From: Patescibacteria group bacterium
Lineage (GTDB): Bacteria; Patescibacteriota; Minisyncoccia; Phycocordibacterales; UBA2100
DNA: 64,000 nt
Reading direction: 5' to 3'
Assembly: GCA_038062075.1 (NCBI GenBank)
Contig: JBBTXY010000003.1
Location: 17,589 to 81,588, forward strand
Within the stretch, counting starts at the first letter, position 1; the number at the start of each line of letters is the position of its first letter. Below, in pieces: positions 9,341-18,565 of this stretch. Position numbers and translations under genes: made by a program. The notes below the pieces were generated by a model, which saw only the letters and a program-made list of their open reading frames with translations, had not been told where the DNA came from and did no database searches.

Positions 9341-9811
9341 ATGGATCGGAAAAAATGGAGTCAGGAGGAAAAAGATGTTAAGCTTGTCGCGAAGCCGTGG
9401 GGTAACGGCACGATTGGCGGCGTGGAAGGGGTTGGAGAACTGTGGCTCAATTACAAACGCGGGGAGAACGTGGGCGATGAAGAGAAGCGCTATGTGTTCA
9501 AGAAACTCTACATCAAGAAGGGAACCAAGACGAGCTTCCAATATCATATAAATAAATTGGAGACGAATCACCTCATCAGCGGTCTGGCAGAAGGACACAT
9601 GGAAAATGACAACGGAGAGATGGAGAAGAGTATTTTCGGGCCTGGTGATTCGTGGACTATTCCCTGCGGCAAAAAACATCGTCTCATCGCGCTTGAGGAT
9701 ATGGTCATGTTGGAAGCTTCGACGCCGGAAGTGGATGATGTGGTGCGCATCGCAGATGACACAGGTCGTGGAGACGGCCGCATCGAAAGCGAGCACCAAA
9801 AGGGAAACTGA
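9341..9811 (+). CDS. Cupin-fold protein, type-II phosphomannose-isomerase C-domain-like
   Basis: 'KPWG...ELW' and 'GPGDSWTIPCGKKHRL' cupin motifs. Confidence 0.6.
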   Translation: MDRKKWSQEEKDVKLVAKPWGNGTIGGVEGVGELWLNYKRGENVGDEEKRYVFKKLYIKKGTKTSFQYHINKLETNHLISGLAEGHMENDNGEMEKSIFGPGDSWTIPCGKKHRLIALEDMVMLEASTPEVDDVVRIADDTGRGDGRIESEHQKGN

Positions 9812-9812
9812 T

Positions 9813-10730
9813 ATGGCTGAAACACTCCAACAAAAAGAGCCGTCACTCGTAGAACGATTCAAAGAGATTGGTTTCGATGATCATGTGATGCTTGCGGCAC
9901 AAGGTGCCGCGCGACTGGGTGCGCGGCAGATATTGAAATTCCACGGTGCGAGTCAGGAGAAACTTCGAACGGAATTGAAGGCAGGCGATATGACTCCTGT
10001 TACGGCTGCGGATATTGCATCGGAAGAGGCGATTCTCAAAATCATAACGACTCGATTGTATTCTCCAGACGAAGTACATGCGGAGGAAAAAGGCCGCGCT
10101 GATACCGCTGAGCACAGTATTATGTGGTACGTTGATCCTCTGGATGGCACTCGGAGTTTTACGCGTGAACAAACAGCTTCCACTGTAGGTATCTGCATGT
10201 ATGAACACAACGAGCCACACACCGCAGTAATCTGTCGACCGTTCCAGTGTGAGCTATTACTCGCGGGTAAAGGAAGAGGCGCATTTGTATTTCCACTTGA
10301 CGACAAGCAGAAAATAATCGGTCCGGCAAAGCGCGTTCACGTAGCAGAGAGAAAAGATCTCACAGGTGGGATTTTCTATTGGGACGGCGTCATGACAGGA
10401 AAGAATGTCGATCGTGCCCTCAGGATGTTTGAAGGGGTGATAGCGGATACCGGAAAAACCGATTTCCGCGCGTTGGGGACGAATATAGGCGAGCAGGCCG
10501 AAGTTGCGCTCGGACACGGCGACTTAAAGTTAACGACCGGCGTCGGGGGATTCTACGATATCGCAGTGGGGGGGTTAATAATCCAGGAAGCCGGAGGGGA
10601 GGTTATTGATGAAAACGGCAAGCCGATAAGCCCGGGATCTAAAGCTGCGCTCTTTGGTAATCCGGAACTCATTAAAAAGTACGGCCCCTTGTTCCAACAG
10701 TGCTATGCGGGCTATGACGGTTTCGCTTAG
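9813..10730 (+). CDS. Inositol monophosphatase family protein (IMPase/FBPase/CysQ fold) paralogue 1
   Basis: 'WYVDPLDGTRSF' plus 'EE' metal-binding motifs. Confidence 0.8.
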   Translation: MAETLQQKEPSLVERFKEIGFDDHVMLAAQGAARLGARQILKFHGASQEKLRTELKAGDMTPVTAADIASEEAILKIITTRLYSPDEVHAEEKGRADTAEHSIMWYVDPLDGTRSFTREQTASTVGICMYEHNEPHTAVICRPFQCELLLAGKGRGAFVFPLDDKQKIIGPAKRVHVAERKDLTGGIFYWDGVMTGKNVDRALRMFEGVIADTGKTDFRALGTNIGEQAEVALGHGDLKLTTGVGGFYDIAVGGLIIQEAGGEVIDENGKPISPGSKAALFGNPELIKKYGPLFQQCYAGYDGFA

Positions 10731-10738
10731 AGCGCCCT

Positions 10739-11458
10739 ATGATCAACTATAAGGTTCTACTTCCGACATCTGGTACGGGTTCGCGACTGAAGGAAATAAC
10801 AAAAAATACCAATAAAGCATTAGTCTCTATTGCAGGAAAGCCTGCCATTGAATATATTCTTTCCTCTTATCCCAAAGAGGTACCAATAGTCGTCACGCTC
10901 GGGTACCTCGGAGAGAGCGTGAAAGCGTACCTCGAAAGCAATCACTCTGATCGGACATTCGAATTTGTGTGGGTTGATAAGTACGAAGGGCCCGGATCGA
11001 GCCTTGGCTATTCGATGCTGAAAGCAAAAGACAACCTCCAGTGCCCCTTCATCTTCCACGCCTGCGACGGCATCTTTGTGGAGCCTATCCCTACGCCGGA
11101 ATACAACTGGATAGGCGGATTTGTGGATGACTGGGAGACGACTAACTTGCCGCTTGAACAGTACCGGACACACACAATGAAGGACGGCGTGATACTCAAT
11201 CTCAATGACCGCGGAATTCCCGGATTTGATTCCATTCACATCGGCCTCGACGGCATCTTCGATTACAAAATCTATTGGGAGACCCTGCAGGCGATTTACG
11301 ATAAAGACCCGAACGACGCGCAAATATCCGATGTGCCCATTCTTGATGCGATGATACAAGCAGGCGTGCAATTCAAATGGATCCCCTACAAAGTCTGGCT
11401 CGACACGGGGAATATTCCCGCACTGCAGAGAACCACAGATTTTCTTTCTACTCAATAA
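10739..11458 (+). CDS. Sugar/alcohol-phosphate nucleotidyltransferase (LicC-like), paralogue of the N-domain of 6047-7621
   Basis: 'KVLLPTSGTGSRL'; 'FVWVDKYEGPGSSLGYSML..PFIFHACDGI' is collinear with 'FVHVDKYTGPGTGPGYSIL..PFIFFTADTM' in the fusion. Confidence 0.7.
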   Translation: MINYKVLLPTSGTGSRLKEITKNTNKALVSIAGKPAIEYILSSYPKEVPIVVTLGYLGESVKAYLESNHSDRTFEFVWVDKYEGPGSSLGYSMLKAKDNLQCPFIFHACDGIFVEPIPTPEYNWIGGFVDDWETTNLPLEQYRTHTMKDGVILNLNDRGIPGFDSIHIGLDGIFDYKIYWETLQAIYDKDPNDAQISDVPILDAMIQAGVQFKWIPYKVWLDTGNIPALQRTTDFLSTQ

Positions 11459-11464
11459 AGTAAG

Positions 11465-11488
11465 AAGCCCCGGTCCTTACCGGGGCTT
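11465..11488. terminator. Bidirectional hairpin terminator between convergent genes
   Basis: Perfect 9-bp stem AAGCCCCGG/CCGGGGCTT with 6-nt loop, directly after stop codon 11458. Confidence 0.5.
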
Positions 11489-11499
11489 CCACGTCACTG

Positions 11500-12186
11500 T
11501 CACTGAATGAGTTGTTCTCGCGCCCACGCGAGCAGTTCTATCGGCAGGTCAGGTTGAGGGTCGCTCCAACCCTTTCCCGGCCAGTCTGCTACACGCACAA
11601 ACTCGTTTAAAAGTTCTGCGCGATGCAGGGGGTTTTCTGCACACAAAGGATCATGCATACACACCACCTGATAGTCGGCAGAGAAACCTTTCTCATCCCG
11701 TGCGATTTTTGTGTGCACGGCATACACCCGCCGAGCACTCCTTGGGTGTACCACCAGAATGATCCGAGTATGTGGCAATCCAAGCCGCACGATCGTGTCT
11801 ATGCCGAAGCGGGAGTTTTCTGCCCCGTTCTTTGCTTTTGTCTCAAGGCGGATCACGTCGCAGGGTACACCGTGGTCAGCGACCAGCAGATTTCTTTGAT
11901 GTATCGCCTCGGAACCGGAAGCTCTGGATAGCTCGCCGGAGTCTTTGCCGATGCCGCCTGTAAGCAAGATCCAGTCGATCTTTCCCAGGCGGTACAGTTT
12001 GGCTGCCGCCCGCGCCACCTCCGCATCTTCCCTGCAGAAGACAAAAGCGCCATTGGCATATTGTACACGGGAGTCATCCGGGGGCAGGAGTCCCATACCC
12101 ATGTACAACGCAACCTGCTGAAGTTTCTCTGAGTCCTTCAAAGGACCCTCCTCTCTGTTCGCTCTTCGCTTCAGCAAGCGAAGCAC
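11500..12186 (-). CDS. DUF218 / YdcF(ElyC/SanA)-like envelope-associated protein
   Basis: 'WILLTGGIGKDSGELS..SEA...ETKAKNGAENS' DUF218 pattern. Confidence 0.55.
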   Translation of the reverse strand: MLRLLKRRANREEGPLKDSEKLQQVALYMGMGLLPPDDSRVQYANGAFVFCREDAEVARAAAKLYRLGKIDWILLTGGIGKDSGELSRASGSEAIHQRNLLVADHGVPCDVIRLETKAKNGAENSRFGIDTIVRLGLPHTRIILVVHPRSARRVYAVHTKIARDEKGFSADYQVVCMHDPLCAENPLHRAELLNEFVRVADWPGKGWSDPQPDLPIELLAWAREQLIQ

Positions 12187-12294
12187 GAGGAGAAAGCTTT
12201 GTCAATTGGAATGTAGCTGGGCGCAGGCGACATTACATGCGGCCGCGACAACGATCATGTCTGGTGGCTATCTTCGGGCAGAGGAAATATAGTA

Positions 12295-12333
12295 GGTAAA
12301 AAACAAACGGTCTCCCCAGCGGGCTGGGGAGAC
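12295..12333 (-). terminator. Rho-independent terminator for IMPase gene (minus strand)
   Basis: Perfect 10-bp stem GGTCTCCCCA/TGGGGAGACC; on minus strand followed by a T-run (GTTTGTTTTTT). Confidence 0.6.
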
Positions 12334-12351
12334 CGAAAGATCGTGTGCTCG

Positions 12352-13227
12352 CTAAACGCGCAACACCTTGTCGCATAGATAGTCGACGATTTGCGGTGAG
12401 TTGCCGGTAACGAGGACGTCATACGCGAGGACGTCAAGAGGGTCGCATTCGGTGAATGAAAAGAGCTCCTTCTTGAACGCCCGGCAGAATCCGCCTGCCT
12501 GCTCCACGAGCAGTGACCCGCAGACATCCCACGGGCCGCCGATTGCGAGCGTGAGCGATCCGGCGATGGAGCGAGCACCATTCGCGACGAGCGCCTGATG
12601 CAAGCCGTTCGAGCCCGGGAGCAGGATTTTCACCTCGCCGTTAAGCGAAGCAAAGAGCTTCGCAGTCTGCGCATCGGTGAGTATCTGCCGACCAGCGCGC
12701 TTAAAGCCATGCGAGACGTCGACGAGAATTGTCAGTTGCTCGTTGACCTCGCTCGTCCTCTTGCCGTCCCATTCGTTGCCGACTTGTATCGGGGCCGAGT
12801 TTTCTCCTGTGGCGAAATTGTGCCACAGAAGCTGGGTTAGCGTTATGTCGCTCGCTGACCATATCCGGCCGGTAGCCGGTTCGCCAATGACGCACCGTGT
12901 TACCTTATGTACATTGTGGTCGTACGTTGCCGCGATGACTGTTGATGTTGCCAATCCGATGGCGAAGGCTCGCGTGCCGTCCATCGGATCCACCAATATT
13001 TTGACTGGCGCATCCACCGTGTGTCGGTCGGACTCCTCGGCATGGATGTAGGTGCCGGGGATGCCTTGCAGAACCTCAAGCATTGCCGCTTGGCTCTGCT
13101 TGTCGGTCGGCGTCACTTGCGTGCCGTCCGTCTGCTTCACTGCGGTCGTGGTCGGCCGGCCTTGGTTGGCACGGACGACTTTCATGCCCGCGATCACTGC
13201 CGTCGTGAGACGGTCGAGCATCTCCAT
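12352..13227 (-). CDS. Inositol monophosphatase family protein paralogue 2
   Basis: 'ILVDPMDGTRAF' motif. Confidence 0.75.
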   Translation of the reverse strand: MEMLDRLTTAVIAGMKVVRANQGRPTTTAVKQTDGTQVTPTDKQSQAAMLEVLQGIPGTYIHAEESDRHTVDAPVKILVDPMDGTRAFAIGLATSTVIAATYDHNVHKVTRCVIGEPATGRIWSASDITLTQLLWHNFATGENSAPIQVGNEWDGKRTSEVNEQLTILVDVSHGFKRAGRQILTDAQTAKLFASLNGEVKILLPGSNGLHQALVANGARSIAGSLTLAIGGPWDVCGSLLVEQAGGFCRAFKKELFSFTECDPLDVLAYDVLVTGNSPQIVDYLCDKVLRV

Positions 13228-13363
13228 TTCTGTACTCCCTTAAAGAGCGAGTGGCATAATGCCACGAGGCAAAAACTATATCACGCCGATAGCAATGTGA
13301 CAAGAGTCGCATTGCCGCTTGTGCTCGAGTCAAAAAGGCTCCATTAATGATATTGTATGCACA

Positions 13364-14278
13364 ATGAAGAAGAAGATTTTGGTGACTGGAGTCGCTGGAT
13401 TCATCGGAAGCAATCTCGCGAAAAGGCTCGTCGAGGCGGGGTATGACGTGGTCGGCTTGGACAACTTTTCCCAGGGCATCCCCGAGCATGTGCCTTCCGG
13501 CATGCGTTTCAAGCAAGCCGATATCCGCTCCCGCGACATAGCACCACTCTTTCGTGGGATAGACGTCGTCTTTCACCTTGCCGCGAAGAATTCGCTTCGG
13601 GATTGCCAGGAAGATCCTGTGGGCACGATGGAGATGAATGTCGTCGGGACCGCGAACGTTTTCGACGTGTCCTTAAAAGCCGGCGTGAAGAAAGTGATCT
13701 ACGCGCAATCGTCGGTTGTTGAAGAAGGCGAGGAGCGCAGAAAAGGTTTCTATGCGATAAGCAAGATCACAGATGAGCTACTCGCGGGCGGGTTTCAGAC
13801 TATGGGTCTCACGACGGTCGGCCTCCGCTATTTCAATGTCTACGGCCCGGGGCAGGATTATCGCCGCTCCTCGCCGCCCATTATGAGCCGCTTCATCTCC
13901 ACGCTCCTCAAAGGGGAGCAGCCAGTTCTTTTTGAGGGTGATGAGAACAACAAGCGCGATTTCATACACGTCGACGACATCAACGATTTCCATCTCCTCT
14001 GTGTCGAAGACGAGCGGGTCGACAATCGAGTGTTTCGGCTAGGGACCGGGAAGAATTTCTCGATGGTTGAAGTGCTCGATACGGTTCAGAAAGTGCTCGG
14101 CACTCACACCGAGTCCTCCCACAAGCCGCGCCCTCCGCATGATCCTCCAGTCCAAACCCTCGCCGATATCAGCGAAACGACCGCACTCGGATGGCAGCCG
14201 ACAATCGGGCTTGAAGAAGGAGTCCGTAGTATGGTGCCCTATATCAAGGCTGAAATAGAGCGCGGGGCTCTCAAGTAG
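13364..14278 (+). CDS. NAD-dependent nucleotide-sugar epimerase/dehydratase (extended SDR)
   Basis: 'ILVTGVAGFIGSNL', 'YAISK' YxxxK. Confidence 0.8.
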   Translation: MKKKILVTGVAGFIGSNLAKRLVEAGYDVVGLDNFSQGIPEHVPSGMRFKQADIRSRDIAPLFRGIDVVFHLAAKNSLRDCQEDPVGTMEMNVVGTANVFDVSLKAGVKKVIYAQSSVVEEGEERRKGFYAISKITDELLAGGFQTMGLTTVGLRYFNVYGPGQDYRRSSPPIMSRFISTLLKGEQPVLFEGDENNKRDFIHVDDINDFHLLCVEDERVDNRVFRLGTGKNFSMVEVLDTVQKVLGTHTESSHKPRPPHDPPVQTLADISETTALGWQPTIGLEEGVRSMVPYIKAEIERGALK

Positions 14279-14310
14279 ACAAGCCCAGATCAAGGGAGTA
14301 CTCTGGCACA

Positions 14311-15303
14311 ATGATAATCACACGGACGCCATTTCGGGTGACTCTTGGCGGCGGCGGGACGGATTTGCCTGCCTACTACGAAAAACACGGCGGGTTCATC
14401 TTTTCCGCCGGACTCGACAAATACATGTATGTGACGGTAAACCGCCCTATGGAAGATGATCTCGTCCGCATCAAATACAGCGCGACTGAAGTCGTCAAGA
14501 AAGTAAAAGACATCAAGCATCCGATCGCACGAGAAGCTCTTACCATGCTGGGCGTTGAGAAGCAGGTCGAGATCAGTTCGGTTGCGGATGTTTCTGCGGG
14601 TACTGGTCTTGGCTCATCGAGCTGTTATGCGGTCGGGATTCTCCACGCGCTCCACGTGATGAAGCGCGATTATGTGCCGCTCCAGACGATCGCGGAAGAA
14701 GATTTTCTTCTGGAGAATAAGAAACTTGGCCGTCCGATAGGGAAGCAAGACCCCTACATGGCCGCGTTCGGCGGGCTCACGGTCTTAGATATCGCCAAAA
14801 ACGGTTCTGTGAAAGTCCGCAAAGCAAATGTATCGCAAGAAGCGGCCGACACGCTGAATCGCAACATGCTCATGTTCTTTACGGGGGTCACACGCAGTGC
14901 CGACGACATTCTCAAGCAACAGTCAAAGGCCTTCAAAGGAAACAAAAAAGACGCGACCGAGAGCATGCACTACATCAAGGAGATTGGGCACGAGATACTT
15001 GCGGCCATGGAGGATGACGAAGTTGATGAAGTGGGAAGGCTCTTCGATGCACACTGGCGACACAAGAAGAAGACAGCAAGCGGCATGTCGAACTCGAAGT
15101 TTGATGCGATCTACGAGACGGCGAAAGATGCCGGGGCGCTTGGGGGGAAGATTTCCGGCGCTGGCGGCGGCGGATTCTTTACATTCTATGTCCCGGAGAG
15201 GCACAAAGAATTCAGGAAGGCAATGCAGAAGTACGGCCTTCGCGAACTTCGCTACCACTTTGACTTCGAGGGATCAAAAGTCTTGGCCGACATCAGCCAG
15301 TAG
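14311..15303 (+). CDS. hddA: D-glycero-alpha-D-manno-heptose 7-phosphate kinase (GHMP kinase)
   Basis: 'MIITRTPFRVTLGGGGTDLP' HddA-type N-terminus; GHMP 'GLGSSS' motif. Confidence 0.7.
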   Translation: MIITRTPFRVTLGGGGTDLPAYYEKHGGFIFSAGLDKYMYVTVNRPMEDDLVRIKYSATEVVKKVKDIKHPIAREALTMLGVEKQVEISSVADVSAGTGLGSSSCYAVGILHALHVMKRDYVPLQTIAEEDFLLENKKLGRPIGKQDPYMAAFGGLTVLDIAKNGSVKVRKANVSQEAADTLNRNMLMFFTGVTRSADDILKQQSKAFKGNKKDATESMHYIKEIGHEILAAMEDDEVDEVGRLFDAHWRHKKKTASGMSNSKFDAIYETAKDAGALGGKISGAGGGGFFTFYVPERHKEFRKAMQKYGLRELRYHFDFEGSKVLADISQ

Positions 15304-15305
15304 CT

Positions 15306-16040
15306 ATGAAGGATCCGAAGCCGGTGCACAAACTGCGTCTGAAGATATTCGCTGATGGCGCAGAGAAAGACGGCATGCTCGCGCTTGCGAAAGAGCCTTT
15401 TATTAAGGGGTTTACCACCAACCCGACTCTCATGAAAAAGGCGGGTATTACTGATTATGCGGCGTTTGCAAAAGATATTCTCGCCTCCATAACAAAAAAA
15501 CCCATCTCATTCGAGGTTTTTTCCGACGATTTTGATGAGATGGAGCGGCAGGCGCGCATCATCAATGCGTGGGGGGAGAATATCTACGTGAAAATTCCGG
15601 TTACCAACACGAAAAAGAAGTCGGCCGCGGCGCTCGTCAGAAAGCTCTCTCATGAAGGGATTCGACTCAATGTCACGGCGCTTCTTACGCTTGTGCAAGT
15701 GAAGGAAATGACCGCAGCGCTCTCGCCGAAAACTCCCGCGATCATTTCTGTCTTTGCCGGCCGCATTGCGGATACGGGTTACGACCCGCTTCCTATCATG
15801 AAAGCCGCAAAAGCGATCACCTTGAGAAAGAAAAATATTGAGCTTCTCTGGGCGTCGCCGCGCCAGCTCTTTGACATCTACAATGCCGAGGCTGCGGGAG
15901 CCGATATTATTACGGTGACGCACGACGTTCTCAAAAAACTCGACAAGATCGGGTACGACCATACGGCACTTTCCCTGGACACGGTGAAAATGTTCTATGA
16001 CGACGGCCAGAAAGTTGGCTACACACTCTATGAAGCGTGA
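15306..16040 (+). CDS. tal: Transaldolase (short Tal/Fsa type)
   Basis: 'LKIFADGAE...GFTTNPTLM' transaldolase signature; lies between hddA and gmhA. Confidence 0.8.
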   Translation: MKDPKPVHKLRLKIFADGAEKDGMLALAKEPFIKGFTTNPTLMKKAGITDYAAFAKDILASITKKPISFEVFSDDFDEMERQARIINAWGENIYVKIPVTNTKKKSAAALVRKLSHEGIRLNVTALLTLVQVKEMTAALSPKTPAIISVFAGRIADTGYDPLPIMKAAKAITLRKKNIELLWASPRQLFDIYNAEAAGADIITVTHDVLKKLDKIGYDHTALSLDTVKMFYDDGQKVGYTLYEA

Positions 16041-16047
16041 GGCAAAA

Positions 16048-16710
16048 ATGAGAACGAAGAAGAAGCGCACTCGCACAAAAAAGCGGATCGCAAGAAAAAC
16101 GAGCTACCACGATCACATTCACGGCTACTTGGACGAAGTGAAGCTTATCGCGGAGCGGATTGATCGCGAAGCGATCAATGACATGATCAACCTGCTTGCG
16201 GATGTGCGCGATAAAAAGGGGCGGCTCTTCATTCTTGGTGTTGGCGGCTCTGCGGCCAACGCTTCTCATGCCGTCAATGATTTTCGAAAAATCGGGCACA
16301 TCGAGGCATACACGCCGGTGGATAATGTCGCAGAGTTAAGCGCCCGTACGAACGACGACGGATGGGAATCGGTCTTCGCCCGATGGCTGGAGCGCAGTGG
16401 CGTTCGGAAAGATGACGCCGTCATGGTGTTTTCTGTTGGCGGCGGGAATGCCGAGAAGAATATAAGCGCCAATATCGTGCATGCACTTAACACTGCCAAA
16501 GCTGCAGGCGCGAAGATCATGGGTATCGTGAGCCGTGATGGAGGTTATACCGCACAAGTTGCCGATGCCTGTGTCATCGTGCCAGTCGTAAATCCCGACA
16601 ACGTGACCGCGCACGCGGAGGCGTGGCAGGCGGTCGTCTGGCACGCGATGGTCCTCCATCCGAAATTCAAGCGTATTGAGGCAACATGGGAGTCAATCCA
16701 AAAAAGATAG
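16048..16710 (+). CDS. gmhA: Sedoheptulose-7-phosphate isomerase (SIS domain)
   Basis: 'LFILGVGGSAANASHAVNDF' SIS motif; N-terminal Lys/Arg-rich extension. Confidence 0.7.
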   Translation: MRTKKKRTRTKKRIARKTSYHDHIHGYLDEVKLIAERIDREAINDMINLLADVRDKKGRLFILGVGGSAANASHAVNDFRKIGHIEAYTPVDNVAELSARTNDDGWESVFARWLERSGVRKDDAVMVFSVGGGNAEKNISANIVHALNTAKAAGAKIMGIVSRDGGYTAQVADACVIVPVVNPDNVTAHAEAWQAVVWHAMVLHPKFKRIEATWESIQKR

Positions 16711-17294
16711 AACTTATTCGCCAAGTGTGGGCAAAAGGGAACCGTGTCGCACGGCCCGCAGTTTTTTTTGACAGGGACGGGGTTGTGATCCGACAGCGTA
16801 ATGTGGTGAGCGAGGAGAAACATATGCGCCCGCTTGCGGGAGCAGCTGCAGGACTACGCTCACTTCAGGAGTGCGGATTTCTGCTCATCATCATCACGAA
16901 TCAGCCGTCCATTGAAAAGGGTATGGTGACGGAGGCGCGCGCGCGAAGACTTAATGAGTATTTATACCAGGAGCTCAAGAAAAAAAGAGTAACATTTGAC
17001 GCATCGTACACGTGTCCGCATCGTTTCGGGACGGAGTGCACCTGCCGCAAGCCGGGTCTCGAGCTCATCCGCGCGGCACAAAAAGATTTCAAAATTGATA
17101 TGAAGCAGAGCTGGCTTATCGGCGATACGACGCGTGATATGGAAACTGGACGCCGCGCCAAGCTAAAGACGATTCTCGTCAAAACCGGCGATGGCGGGAA
17201 AGATAAAAGATTTTTCAAAACGCGAGGGGACATTGAAACGCGAAATTTGCGCCTCGCGGCGCAGGCCATTGCAAAGAAGAAGGGCCGACTGTAA
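16686..17294 (+). CDS. gmhB: D,D-heptose 1,7-bisphosphate phosphatase (HAD-IIIA, Zn-binding CxHx..CxC)
   Basis: 'VFFDRDGVV' plus 'CPHRFGTECTCRKP' zinc motif typical of GmhB/HisB-N. Confidence 0.7.
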   Translation: MGVNPKKIELIRQVWAKGNRVARPAVFFDRDGVVIRQRNVVSEEKHMRPLAGAAAGLRSLQECGFLLIIITNQPSIEKGMVTEARARRLNEYLYQELKKKRVTFDASYTCPHRFGTECTCRKPGLELIRAAQKDFKIDMKQSWLIGDTTRDMETGRRAKLKTILVKTGDGGKDKRFFKTRGDIETRNLRLAAQAIAKKKGRL

Positions 17295-17307
17295 TGAAAG
17301 TCGGCCC
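17282..17307. terminator. Hairpin terminator between convergent gmhB and HAD genes
   Basis: 9-bp perfect stem GGGCCGACT/AGTCGGCCC; gmhB stop codon lies in the loop. Confidence 0.5.
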
Positions 17308-17317
17308 CCTCGTCCTT

Positions 17318-18019
17318 TTAGGAAAGGTTTTCGATAAGCGCAAGCATGTTGATCTCGCGCCAGTCGAAAAAGATGCGACAAACGCCAGCCTCGACAAGCG
17401 CGGCAACCGTCGTTGGTCGAATGACGACCGGCATTCCGATTGCTTTTGACCCGGCCCCTCTCAGAGCCTTGACGCCGCGGGGTGAATCTTCGAAACCAAT
17501 CTGATCTCTAGGGTCAATTCCCATGACATCGGCGGTCCGCAGGAACACATCTGGAGCGGGCTTCTCGTTTCTGACGTGCTCGCGGAGAACGATTGTCTTT
17601 TTGTCGAACAGCTCACTGAGTCCTGATCGCTCAAGAAGTGTCATGGCTTGCCCTTCTGGTGTAAGAGAACCAATGGCAAGCTTTAAGCCCAGCGCTTGTG
17701 CTATCCTGAATGCCTCAAGAAATCCTGGGCGGGTCTCAATGGGCACTGTCGCGAGCAGACGCTCGTAGTAGTATTTGTCGCGGCTTAGCACTTCACCAAC
17801 TGCTATGCTGGTGCGTGCTGCTGGATCGAGCAGGGCAAAAATGTCTTCACACACTCGCTCATCCGGCCCACCGATGAAGTGCGGTAATTTCACATACGCC
17901 TCTTCGAGTGTGAGGTTAACTCCGAATTCTGCCGCCGTCGCGAGATGGCCGTAGTGGTGTGCAGTTTCAACGTTAACAACAGTACCTTCGAGGTCGAAGG
18001 CGATTCCTCTTATGGGCAT
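17318..18019 (-). CDS. HAD-IA hydrolase (beta-phosphoglucomutase/phosphatase-like)
   Basis: 'IAFDLEGTV' motif I; HAD core. Confidence 0.7.
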   Translation of the reverse strand: MPIRGIAFDLEGTVVNVETAHHYGHLATAAEFGVNLTLEEAYVKLPHFIGGPDERVCEDIFALLDPAARTSIAVGEVLSRDKYYYERLLATVPIETRPGFLEAFRIAQALGLKLAIGSLTPEGQAMTLLERSGLSELFDKKTIVLREHVRNEKPAPDVFLRTADVMGIDPRDQIGFEDSPRGVKALRGAGSKAIGMPVVIRPTTVAALVEAGVCRIFFDWREINMLALIENLS

Positions 18020-18031
18020 GACACCCTCCTT

Positions 18032-18466
18032 TCATTTCAAAGATGTGAATGCGAGTCCGACGACGCCGATTACGATAAAAGCCGTGAAGGCGATTTTGGG
18101 GCCGGTCACCGGATCACCGAAGAAGATCGGCCCGCCGATAGCATTCGTGACAATGACAAGTGCCGGCATCAGCGTCATGTAGAGCGAGATCTGCGTCCCC
18201 GCAGCTGTTTGCAGCTTGGGGAACAACATATGCCCAGCGAGATTGAGACATCCCGCAATGAGCATATATTTCGCTCCGGTTGAAACAAGTGTTGCCGAAG
18301 ATATCCTTCCCGGTAAGAAGGGAAGAAATCCGATCGTCGTGACCGCATTCAAGAGAAAGCCTCTGACGAACGGGTCGGAGATGTCGCTTGCCTGCGCCAC
18401 AAGGGGCCAGCCGCCCCAAAATACGACTCCGATCAGCGCCACAAGCGCCAATGAGGTGATGTCCAT
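18032..18466 (-). CDS. Small 4-TMS membrane protein (DMT/EamA-like; ArnE/F-like candidate)
   Basis: 144 aa, four hydrophobic spans. Confidence 0.4.
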   Translation of the reverse strand: MDITSLALVALIGVVFWGGWPLVAQASDISDPFVRGFLLNAVTTIGFLPFLPGRISSATLVSTGAKYMLIAGCLNLAGHMLFPKLQTAAGTQISLYMTLMPALVIVTNAIGGPIFFGDPVTGPKIAFTAFIVIGVVGLAFTSLK

Positions 18467-18565
18467 CGGTTTATCCTTTCAAGGTGCAGTTTGAACGCAG
18501 CCAAGATAGTACCACAAGTATTGAGTATTACAAGTGGGCGGGGGTGCAGTTCGTAATCAGCCTGC

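Noticed and set aside
13292-13315. Small inverted repeat GCAATG..CATTGC in divergent promoter region
   Set aside because: Only 6-bp stem; too weak to call an operator.
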